A DNA stretch of 64,000 nucleotides. Origin: PVC group bacterium. Its GTDB lineage: Bacteria; Omnitrophota; Gorgyraeia; B26-G9. The DNA lies in NCBI GenBank assembly GCA_024231215.1, contig JAAEQR010000034.1:12668-76667 (forward strand), read 5' to 3'. Made by a program: the position numbers and the translations under genes. Below, piece after piece: positions 18,285-25,316 of the stretch (position 1 is its first letter; each line of letters starts with the position of its first letter). The notes beneath the pieces are model-generated. The model was not told the DNA's origin. It made no database searches and worked only from the letters and a program-made list of their open reading frames with translations.

Positions 18285-20177
18285 TTAACCTCCTTGGTAT
18301 TTTTTAAATAATTCGAATAACAGGCTACTATCTTTTACATCTTTACCGTCAATAATAGCCGTTATTACCTTATTTTTTTCATCTATTATTTTTAACATAT
18401 CCTCTTCGATAGTGTTCTCGGAAACCAGATAATAAATATTAACATGATCTGCTGTTTGCCCTATCCTCTGGCACCTGTCCTCAGCTTGAATATGTAAAGC
18501 TGGCACCCAGTCTACTTCTAAGAATGCCACTGTGCTTGCAGCCGTTAATGTGATTCCTACTCCCGCAGCCTTTATGTTTCCAACAAAGATTTTTATTTCC
18601 GGATTTTCCTGGAATGAGTCAACCGCTTTCTGTTTCCTTTTTGGTGTATCTCTTCCATCAAGTTTAACAGCAATGTCCCCATATTTTTCCATTATAAAAT
18701 CAATAGTCTTATGATGAACCGCGAACAAAACTATTTTCTGATCAGTCTCCAGAAAATTATCTATCCATTCAGAAATATAATTCATCTTACCCGTAACCGC
18801 TAACTGGCGAAGCTTATTGAATTCTGCTAACACTCTTGCCATCTGAGCCCGTCTTGCAGCATCATCCCCTTCCAGACTTCTTATAAAGCTGACTATATCT
18901 GCTTTAGCCCTTTTGTATTCACTTCTATTGTTGATCTCCAAAGGAATAACAGTTTTAGTTTTTGGAGGCAACTCTTTCAATACATCTTCCTTTATTCTAC
19001 GGATCATAAAAGATTTTATAATGGAGTTTAATTTCTCAACATTGCTCGCTCCATTATACGTCCAGCCAAAGCCATTGTGTACAGGATTACAAAATTCCTG
19101 AGTATACCTAAACCAGTTTGGAAATAACTCAGGCTTAAGCATATTCAACCCTGTAAAAAATTCCGATGGTCTGTTCGTTATCGGTGTTCCGGAAACGCAT
19201 AGGATATGATCTATTCCATGAGCGAGAGAACATCCGGCTTTTGTCCTGTTTGCTTTTGGATTCTTAAGATAATGATGTTCGTCAAAAATTACTAATTGAG
19301 TGTTTATGTCCATTAAAAACTCTAAATAATCTTTTAATATATCGTAGTTGATTATTATTATGTTCTCGTCTCTTCCCCTTATCACTTCATGTCTGCCTTG
19401 AAAAATTCTATAATTTTCTTCCGGAACCCAGTCGTCCAGTTCTCTACTCCAATTTATTTTTAATGTTGCCGGACAAACAATTATAGCTGGTCTTAACTCT
19501 GGATTCATTTTCATATACAGGATAGCTTGCAGTGTCTTGCCTAGTCCCATATCATCAGATAGCAAAACTCGTCCATCTAATTCGTTCAAGCGCTTTATCC
19601 CTTCCACTTGAAAAGGGAAAGGGCTTTTACCGGAGAGACTAACCATTTTGCTAATATCATCTGTCATTAAGACAGTCGGCTTTTTCTCCTTTATTTCTCC
19701 TGTAATTGTAAAACCTAAATTCTTAACTTCTTTGACTGTGTACTCAGACACAGGAACACTCCACAACTTTTCTCTGGAGTGGTACTCCCGACCAGGCAAA
19801 TTTTTTACTTCTTGTAAAACTTTTACCCACTCTTCTTTTTTCGGTAGTTTAAATTCTAAATATATCCTGTTGTCTTTTATTTCAGCCTTCTTAATTTTTT
19901 CCGCTTTTGAATTCGTCGATCTCTTTTTTTTCTTCGGGTCTGGGATATTGTTGTATTCTATCCCCAGACTGGATAATTGTTTTCTGTACTTTCCCATCAT
20001 ACTGTAAGCTGCGATTGCCGTAAGCACTGTCCAATTATTCTCTCCATGGAGTTGTCTGGCGAATATAGTATCGTATTTGTTAAAACCTATCCCGTCAACT
20101 GTTCTCGCTCCATCACAATTAAATAAAATTGCACTTAAAGCTTCCCTCAATTCGATGTAATTTTCTTTTTCCTTCAT
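18285..20177 (-). CDS. SNF2/Rad54-family helicase/ATPase
   Basis: Motif I LSDDMGLGKT, motif II IFDEHHYLKN, motif III CVSGTPITN, C-terminal motifs IV-VI (FLEVDWVPALHIQAEDRCQRIGQ). Confidence 0.85.
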   Translation of the reverse strand: MKEKENYIELREALSAILFNCDGARTVDGIGFNKYDTIFARQLHGENNWTVLTAIAAYSMMGKYRKQLSSLGIEYNNIPDPKKKKRSTNSKAEKIKKAEIKDNRIYLEFKLPKKEEWVKVLQEVKNLPGREYHSREKLWSVPVSEYTVKEVKNLGFTITGEIKEKKPTVLMTDDISKMVSLSGKSPFPFQVEGIKRLNELDGRVLLSDDMGLGKTLQAILYMKMNPELRPAIIVCPATLKINWSRELDDWVPEENYRIFQGRHEVIRGRDENIIIINYDILKDYLEFLMDINTQLVIFDEHHYLKNPKANRTKAGCSLAHGIDHILCVSGTPITNRPSEFFTGLNMLKPELFPNWFRYTQEFCNPVHNGFGWTYNGASNVEKLNSIIKSFMIRRIKEDVLKELPPKTKTVIPLEINNRSEYKRAKADIVSFIRSLEGDDAARRAQMARVLAEFNKLRQLAVTGKMNYISEWIDNFLETDQKIVLFAVHHKTIDFIMEKYGDIAVKLDGRDTPKRKQKAVDSFQENPEIKIFVGNIKAAGVGITLTAASTVAFLEVDWVPALHIQAEDRCQRIGQTADHVNIYYLVSENTIEEDMLKIIDEKNKVITAIIDGKDVKDSSLLFELFKKYQGG

Positions 20178-20193
20178 AATTTATCCTACACCT

Positions 20194-20223
20194 TATATAT
20201 ATCACGCTTTTAATTTTGTCACA
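20194..20223 (-). promoter_or_regulatory. promoter for the SNF2 operon (gTGACA-15-TGaTATATA)
   Basis: Minus-strand reads gtgTGACAaaattaaaagcgTGaTATATATAAGG, ~20 nt before the SNF2 start. Confidence 0.4.
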
Positions 20224-20259
20224 CAAAAAAAGCCCCTATTAAGCATTTTAATAGAGGCT
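20224..20259 (-). terminator. rho-independent terminator (minus strand)
   Basis: AGCCCCTATTAA-gcatt-TTAATAGAGGCT hairpin, 12-bp stem with one mismatch, followed on the minus strand by TTTTTTTGTGTG. Confidence 0.5.
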
Positions 20260-20270
20260 TTTAATTAGGT

Positions 20271-20438
20271 TTATATCCCAAAAACATAAAATAATTTTTC
20301 AGCTTTCTTTTCTGTTTTTTTAATTTCTTCTTTGTTTTCACAAAGATCAAAGTCTAAGACAGAAACATCGGCATCTATGTCGTCACAATAAACCTCTTGA
20401 ACTATTCCGGTCTTTACAAATATAATTATTTTTGACAT
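20271..20438 (-). CDS. small protein (55 aa), N-terminus MSKII
   Basis: Manually translated MSKIIIFVKTGIVQEVYCDDIDADVSVLDFDLCENKEEIKKTEKKAEKLFYVFGI; the 38-nt RBS/start segment is identical to that of 20510..20848. Confidence 0.4.
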   Translation of the reverse strand: MSKIIIFVKTGIVQEVYCDDIDADVSVLDFDLCENKEEIKKTEKKAEKLFYVFGI

Positions 20439-20509
20439 AATACTTTCTCCTTTTTAATAATTTTAAAACTTATGCCAGCCTGTTGAACAAGCTAGCATAA
20501 AGTCTAAAA

Positions 20510-20848
20510 CTACGATCCAATCTTTGTTTCGATTGTTGTCGGAGTCAGATAAACTTTTAAAAGTTTACCTGTAGTAAAGCCAGTCATACAGGCTAATTCC
20601 CTAACGGTCGCTATTGTATCACCACCGTCGTCGCCACCGTAGACCGCCCTCTTCTCTTCCCACCAATCGTCGTCTTTAGCGGGATTGATTCCTTTAGCAT
20701 AAACAATTTTTCTCTTTTCGGCTGGTTGATCAAAACACATTAAATATACTCCTTGATCGCCAACCAGAAAGATTTCTGCATCAATGCTTAAACCTGTAAC
20801 GAGATTTTTCACTTCATCCAGATTAAAATTTAAAATTGTTTTTGACAT
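20510..20848 (-). CDS. hypothetical protein
   Basis: 112 aa; N-terminus MSKTI and the upstream RBS region duplicated from 20271..20438. Confidence 0.5.
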   Translation of the reverse strand: MSKTILNFNLDEVKNLVTGLSIDAEIFLVGDQGVYLMCFDQPAEKRKIVYAKGINPAKDDDWWEEKRAVYGGDDGGDTIATVRELACMTGFTTGKLLKVYLTPTTIETKIGS

Positions 20849-20881
20849 AATACTTTCTCCTTTTTAATAATTTTATAAAGC

Positions 20882-20911
20882 TTACTCCTGTACTGATTAG
20901 TACAAGAGTAA
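20882..20911 (-). repeat. hairpin TTACTCCTGTACT-gatt-AGTACAAGAGTAA (copy 1 of a 58-nt intergenic repeat)
   Basis: 13-bp stem immediately 3' of the stop of 20915..21076; second copy at 21299..21328 differs only in the loop. Confidence 0.5.
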
Positions 20912-20914
20912 AAC

Positions 20915-21076
20915 TTATAAATCTCTTTTACGCCGTTCTAATATATCAATTGCTATTTGTTCAATTGTTGAACCACCAACAGACAACTCATTTTTCAATT
21001 CCTCAATGGTAATTTTATTATCGGTGTCATTATATTGATTAACCGATTTTAATAAATCATTTAGTGTATCTTCCAT
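20915..21076 (-). CDS. small protein (53 aa)
   Basis: Manually translated MEDTLNDLLKSVNQYNDTDNKITIEELKNELSVGGSTIEQIAIDILERRKRDL; conserved AAAAAGGAGAAAG SD. Confidence 0.4.
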   Translation of the reverse strand: MEDTLNDLLKSVNQYNDTDNKITIEELKNELSVGGSTIEQIAIDILERRKRDL

Positions 21077-21117
21077 AATCTTTCTCCTTTTTAATAATTT
21101 TATAACGGCACATGATA

Positions 21118-21270
21118 GATTATCTCTGGAAAAGATTCTTCCATTTCTTCAATAGATAAACGATGTGCCTCCCAATCATGGATTGAATAATCTTGTTGTT
21201 GCATAGATTGATATGCTCCAATTAGATCGGCATAGGCACATTTGATTACTTCTTTTTGTTTGTCTGTCAT
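21118..21270 (-). CDS. small protein (50 aa)
   Basis: Manually translated MTDKQKEVIKCAYADLIGAYQSMQQQDYSIHDWEAHRLSIEEMEESFPEIIYHVPL; GGAGG SD. Confidence 0.4.
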
Positions 21271-21298
21271 AATTAAGACCTCCTTAATTTTATAAAGC

Positions 21299-21328
21299 TT
21301 ACTCCTGTACTGGAAAGTACAAGAGTAA
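21299..21328 (-). repeat. hairpin TTACTCCTGTACT-ggaa-AGTACAAGAGTAA (copy 2)
   Basis: Identical stem to 20882..20911, directly 3' of the stop of 21332..21835. Confidence 0.5.
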
Positions 21329-21331
21329 AAC

Positions 21332-21835
21332 TTATAAATTATCGTTAATCTCTTCTTGTGTCCACTCTTGCCAACATAAGCCTAGAGACACGTCCCAGAC
21401 TTTGATTGGTTTAGTATCACAGATCAATATCCTTTTCTCGATCCGGTATTCCTCCTCACCATCATGATGGATCAATACATCCCCTTCCATTCTAAAAGAC
21501 ATGGGAGAATTATTGTTGCCGGTAAAATCTGTTGTATTTTCTATAAACTTTAAAATTTGATCTTTTTCCATCCACGGACATTCCCAGCCATTCCATTTGC
21601 AATTTGTATCTACATAAGCATCATAAATTCCGCCTTCTATGTAGTCGAAACCAACCTTGATTTTTTTGATGTCTGTTGGTAAAATTACATCCATCTCTAC
21701 AATATCACTTTTAGGAATAGAATAAGAAAACCCACCACCGAGAGGAAAACAGGAGATACAATCTTCCTTGACATCCTCATCCCTGTAATTGAAATAATAA
21801 GGCTTGCCGTTTTGTTCTACTTTGAGTATTTTCAT
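21332..21835 (-). CDS. hypothetical protein
   Basis: 167-aa ORF. Confidence 0.5.
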   Translation of the reverse strand: MKILKVEQNGKPYYFNYRDEDVKEDCISCFPLGGGFSYSIPKSDIVEMDVILPTDIKKIKVGFDYIEGGIYDAYVDTNCKWNGWECPWMEKDQILKFIENTTDFTGNNNSPMSFRMEGDVLIHHDGEEEYRIEKRILICDTKPIKVWDVSLGLCWQEWTQEEINDNL

Positions 21836-21844
21836 AACCGCCTC

Positions 21845-22393
21845 CTATACCCAGACTTCATTGAGACCTTTTTTAATCTCAGTAAAGCCTAGTAAAATTC
21901 TTTTTCTTTCCCAGCCGATACTTCGAAGATATTTATATAAATCTTCTTTCTTTAATCTTTTACAAAAATTCTCTTTTTCCTTTTTCTTGATTTCTGTTGG
22001 CGGGTTAAAGAAAATGTCAACGATGTCCTGAGAATCTTGGGACATATTCAGAATCGTCGCATCAATAATGCTATTGACGTTTTCCTGTCTTTTATCTTCA
22101 ACTTGAAAATCATCAATGTCAACAATAATTCTCCTTTCCCAAAAATGGTTTTTTCCTTCTCTTCTTCTCTGTTCCCCAGACAATTCACGACATTTTGTAT
22201 AGAGTCCAAAGTATAAAGAGTTTGATAAAAAATTCTCAAACTTTCCAATTTTGGGATCAAAATTCTCAGCACACTGACAAAAAATTAAATTCGCCTCAGA
22301 CAAAATCTCTTCTCTTTCCAAGCGATTTTTTCTCATCACTGAAGATACTGCACGATCAATAATAGGCTTTGAATCTAGATAAAGTTTTTCCAT
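21845..22393 (-). CDS. sigma-70-family-like protein (region 2 and HTH-like C-terminus), putative phage sigma factor
   Basis: EANLIFCQCAENFDPKIGKFENFLSNSLYFGL aligns with sigma region 2.2-2.3 (LiQeGniGLmkAvekFDPerGfkFsTYAtwwI). Confidence 0.4.
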   Translation of the reverse strand: MEKLYLDSKPIIDRAVSSVMRKNRLEREEILSEANLIFCQCAENFDPKIGKFENFLSNSLYFGLYTKCRELSGEQRRREGKNHFWERRIIVDIDDFQVEDKRQENVNSIIDATILNMSQDSQDIVDIFFNPPTEIKKKEKENFCKRLKKEDLYKYLRSIGWERKRILLGFTEIKKGLNEVWV

Positions 22394-22419
22394 AATGTTA
22401 CCCTCTTATAATAGTTTTT

Positions 22420-22466
22420 AAGATTTATAAAAATCTTATGTAAGGCTATTAAAAATTAATAGCCTT
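22420..22466 (-). promoter_or_regulatory. early-gene promoter/hairpin cassette (TTAATA-17-TATAAA; hairpins A 22420-22437, B 22442-22466)
   Basis: Hairpin A AAGATTTataaAAATCTT; hairpin B AAGGCTATTAA-aaa-TTAATAGCCTT; on the minus strand the -35 lies in an arm of B and the -10 in the loop of A. Confidence 0.45.
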
Positions 22467-22479
22467 ACCATAATGACTT

Positions 22480-22698
22480 TTAGTGATTTTTTTCGATCCC
22501 ATCAATTTCGATGATCTGAGAATTGGTTATTTTAACCAAACTGTCTATAATTCTATCTGCCTCCACTTCCGATGCACAATCATATTGACCGATGTATTCA
22601 CAGTGGTAATCTAAAAAATATACATCATAAGCATATGATCCGTCGGTCAACTTTAATTTTACCTTTTGGATTTTTTCTACTCGTTGTGTATCTCCCAT
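22480..22698 (-). CDS. hypothetical protein
   Basis: 72-aa ORF following a cassette. Confidence 0.45.
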   Translation of the reverse strand: MGDTQRVEKIQKVKLKLTDGSYAYDVYFLDYHCEYIGQYDCASEVEADRIIDSLVKITNSQIIEIDGIEKNH

Positions 22699-22741
22699 AA
22701 TGTTGCCCTCTTATAATAATAGTTTTTAAAGTTTTAATTGA

Positions 22742-23050
22742 TTAAATATTAAATCCAAGTGCTTTCCTAACTTTTTTCGTCAAACTACCTTTATAATCTT
22801 TATTATGGGTAGTACAAATTTTTCCTTGGATTCTGTCATATAGCCACGCACCGGATAAAATTAAACTATCGGTCAATTCTTCAATTTCTTTGACTTGATA
22901 TTGAATATCTGAATTATCTAAAGAATCGTTATTCTGTAAATATTCGCTAACTGCCTCAACCATTTTATAATGTACTTCTTTTTGAAAATGGTTGTGTAAT
23001 TGCTTAAGCCTTTTTTTTAGTTGCTTTTGTGTTTTAATCATAATAATCAC
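22742..23050 (-). CDS. hypothetical protein
   Basis: 102-aa ORF. Confidence 0.45.
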   Translation of the reverse strand: MIIMIKTQKQLKKRLKQLHNHFQKEVHYKMVEAVSEYLQNNDSLDNSDIQYQVKEIEELTDSLILSGAWLYDRIQGKICTTHNKDYKGSLTKKVRKALGFNI

Positions 23051-23081
23051 CTTTTTAATAATAATAGTTTTTAAAGTTTAA

Positions 23082-23573
23082 TTAATGTAAATCACCATTT
23101 TCAAGATATTCATAATTATTCATTATTGAATGTTCATTAAATTCATCAATTGACATTCTATAATCGAGTGTTGAATATCCGTCCTTTTCAATTTTGTAAC
23201 AAATATCATCGAAAATAGACTTGAATTCAATTTCTGTGTCCTCATCTGTACCCTCATCAAAAAAAATATTAACGCTATTCCGATGAGAATAACGTCCTAT
23301 ATGTTTTATTGTAATATCGTTTTTTTTCCATTGAAATTGACCAATAAAACAAGCTCCATCTCCTTGACGATAGGATAGAGAATAATATACTTTTAAATCG
23401 TCAAAAGTTATATTATTCTCATCTAACAAATATTTACAATATTCTGTCAGGTCTTCTGGTAAAAAAGGATAATCTTCTAGTTCATACCATTTTTCAATAG
23501 CTTTTTCTTGACTTTCTCTAGACAGTTCGCTGAATTCATAAATAATAATTTCTTCTTTTCTCATAATAATCAC
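23082..23573 (-). CDS. hypothetical protein
   Basis: 163-aa ORF. Confidence 0.5.
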   Translation of the reverse strand: MIIMRKEEIIIYEFSELSRESQEKAIEKWYELEDYPFLPEDLTEYCKYLLDENNITFDDLKVYYSLSYRQGDGACFIGQFQWKKNDITIKHIGRYSHRNSVNIFFDEGTDEDTEIEFKSIFDDICYKIEKDGYSTLDYRMSIDEFNEHSIMNNYEYLENGDLH

Positions 23574-23595
23574 CTTTTTAATAATAATAGTTTTT

Positions 23596-23641
23596 AAGAT
23601 TATAAAAATCTTATGTAAGACTATTAAAAATTAATAGCCTT
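23596..23641 (-). promoter_or_regulatory. early-gene promoter/hairpin cassette (hairpins A 23596-23612, B 23617-23641)
   Basis: Near-identical copy of the 22420..22466 cassette (A shortened by one T; B with one A/G change). Confidence 0.45.
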
Positions 23642-23654
23642 ACCATAATGACTT

Positions 23655-23975
23655 TTAAAGGTTAGGATCAAAACCGTTTTCGAGGCAATCTCTTTTTAAT
23701 CCGTCCTTAACATTCCAGAGAATCGGGTAATTGTTGTTCATTTCATATTGTCTATAATCTTTCTCTGGAATCCAACCACTCTTCACCATTGCCAGCAATG
23801 CCGTTTCTTTGTATTGTTCTCCGTAACCATATTCAAAAGGGCAATACAAAACCTTGCTATCGCTAGCCCTTACAATTCTCGCTGAATGGTAAGTGTTGCC
23901 GTTAATCTTGTCAAACCATCGGCAACCAGTGACAAAAAACTTGAGTTCTCTTTTTGTTGTCTTTTCGTTGTACAT
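23655..23975 (-). CDS. hypothetical protein
   Basis: 106-aa ORF; AAAGGAGAAAG SD; the iteron array lies directly upstream. Confidence 0.5.
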   Translation of the reverse strand: MYNEKTTKRELKFFVTGCRWFDKINGNTYHSARIVRASDSKVLYCPFEYGYGEQYKETALLAMVKSGWIPEKDYRQYEMNNNYPILWNVKDGLKRDCLENGFDPNL

Positions 23976-23998
23976 AATTCTTTCTCCTTTTTAATAAA

Positions 23999-24054
23999 GT
24001 TCTCGCCTTCCGAGTTCTCGCCTTCCGAGTTCTCGCCTTCCGAGTTCTCGCCGA
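23999..24054. repeat. iteron-like direct repeats, 3.7 x 15 bp (GTTCTCGCCTTCCGA)
   Basis: Units at 23999-24013, 24014-24028, 24029-24043, and a partial unit 24044-24054; GC-rich island in AT-rich DNA. Confidence 0.8.
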
Positions 24055-24067
24055 GTGTAACGAAAAT

Positions 24068-24226
24068 TCTCAAAACCAAAAATCCTGGATTTTCGAAATT
24101 TTTTCCAGCACCGAAAAGAAACATTTTTTGATGTTTCTGCAGCACCGAAAAGAAACATTTTTTTGATGTTCCTAGACTATCCCGAAAATTTTCAGAATCG
24201 AAAAAACCAGGTTTTTCGAAATTTGA
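24068..24226. repeat. cluster of inverted repeats plus a 33-bp direct repeat (x2) in a non-coding leader
   Basis: AAAATCC-t-GGATTTT (24079-24093); two copies of CAGCACCGAAAAGAAACATTTTTTGATGTTTCT (24106-24138, 24139-24172), each holding palindrome AGAAACAT-n6-ATGTTTCT; CGAAAAAACC-a-GGTTTTTCG (24199-24218). Confidence 0.7.
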
Positions 24227-24257
24227 AATTTTTTAAAAAACCCTTAATAATAAATTT

Positions 24258-24310
24258 AAGATTTATAAAAATCTTATACCTAGCTATCAATAATAAAAAT
24301 TGATAGCTAG
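24258..24310 (-). promoter_or_regulatory. early-gene promoter/hairpin cassette (TTGATA-17-TATAAA; hairpins A 24258-24275, B 24280-24310)
   Basis: Hairpin A AAGATTTataaAAATCTT; hairpin B CTAGCTATCAAT-aataaaa-ATTGATAGCTAG (12-bp perfect stem). Confidence 0.5.
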
Positions 24311-24320
24311 TTACAAAATT

Positions 24321-25220
24321 TTAATCATTTTCTTTATAATCTACATTGTTATTATAATGTAGATTATTAGAATATTCATTTTCACAAAATTCAATGCAAG
24401 TTTCACAAAGTAATAATCCCTCATACGCCTCTAAATCATCAACTTGATGATCAGTGTCGCAAAATTCGCATTTTGTGACAACATTTTTATCAGCGTATTT
24501 TGATTTATTACTTTTTTTACCGTAAACTTGACCAGTATATTTATTATAATCATAACCACTTCCATAAACACTCCCGCAAAATCGATCATAATAATCGTTT
24601 GACATATACTTATTTTTATAAGTATATTTCTCTTGTTTATAAGTAGTGTTGGAATAATAAATATTTTTGTCTTTTTCAAAATCACCAAAAGAAAATAAAT
24701 ATCCTTTTTCGTCAAGTGCTATAACTCTAGATCCTTTTAAAGATATTTTCAACAATTTTTTAATATGATCTTTTTCAAAATCACAATTAGAAAAATTTGC
24801 TAAAATGTCTTTCACGAAAATTTGAGAATCTGACAAATTTTCATTTTTTTTGTCAGTAATGGAGATAACTCCATTGTGTGCAAAACCTTTTTCGCTGATA
24901 ATTTCAGTACTTTGTAATAATGAAATATTGTCAGTGATAGGAAAAGGATGACAATTTTCCGCCTTTACTTTTCCCGCGGTTGCTATCCTAGCGTGAATAA
25001 CTATACTGACATCCTGTTCATGTAATCCAAAATCAAAAAGTTTTGCATTCAAACTTTTCCTTAATGCTTTCGCACTTGAAAAACCTTTTTTAATAAATAC
25101 TCCTTTACTGGGAATATTAAACATATAACCAGCGCCATCGGGATTATTTATCAAACAATTTTTAACAATACTGTTATCCGGTAAAAATTGCTTTTTCGGT
25201 TTGTAAATAATAATACACAT
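24321..25220 (-). CDS. class-II glutamine amidotransferase-like (Ntn hydrolase, YafJ-type) protein with C-terminal zinc ribbon
   Basis: N-terminal Met-Cys (MCIIIYKP; Cys2 nucleophile after Met removal); HARIATAG fits the H-x-R-x-A-T-x-G motif of GATase-II; C-terminal CEFCDTDH...CETCIEFC. Confidence 0.5.
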   Translation of the reverse strand: MCIIIYKPKKQFLPDNSIVKNCLINNPDGAGYMFNIPSKGVFIKKGFSSAKALRKSLNAKLFDFGLHEQDVSIVIHARIATAGKVKAENCHPFPITDNISLLQSTEIISEKGFAHNGVISITDKKNENLSDSQIFVKDILANFSNCDFEKDHIKKLLKISLKGSRVIALDEKGYLFSFGDFEKDKNIYYSNTTYKQEKYTYKNKYMSNDYYDRFCGSVYGSGYDYNKYTGQVYGKKSNKSKYADKNVVTKCEFCDTDHQVDDLEAYEGLLLCETCIEFCENEYSNNLHYNNNVDYKEND

Positions 25221-25249
25221 AATAGTTAACCCTTTTTAATAATAAATTT

Positions 25250-25302
25250 AAGATTTATAAAAATCTTATACCTAGCTATCAATAATAAAAATTGACAGCT
25301 AG
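25250..25302 (-). promoter_or_regulatory. early-gene promoter/hairpin cassette (hairpins A 25250-25267, B 25272-25302)
   Basis: Same A/B hairpins as 24258..24310, one mismatch in B's right arm. Confidence 0.5.
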
Positions 25303-25316
25303 CTACAAAATTTCAA

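Noticed and set aside
23870-24145. Track ORFs 23870..24145 (-) and 23886..24131 (+) translating to GENSEGENSE / SEFSPSEFSPSEF repeats
   Set aside because: They are read through the 15-bp iteron array on both strands. The repetitive translation is an artefact of the DNA repeat, not a protein.
24431-24715. Nested same-strand ORF inside the GATase-like gene
   Set aside because: It is an alternate frame within a supported CDS, with a low-complexity hydrophobic translation.
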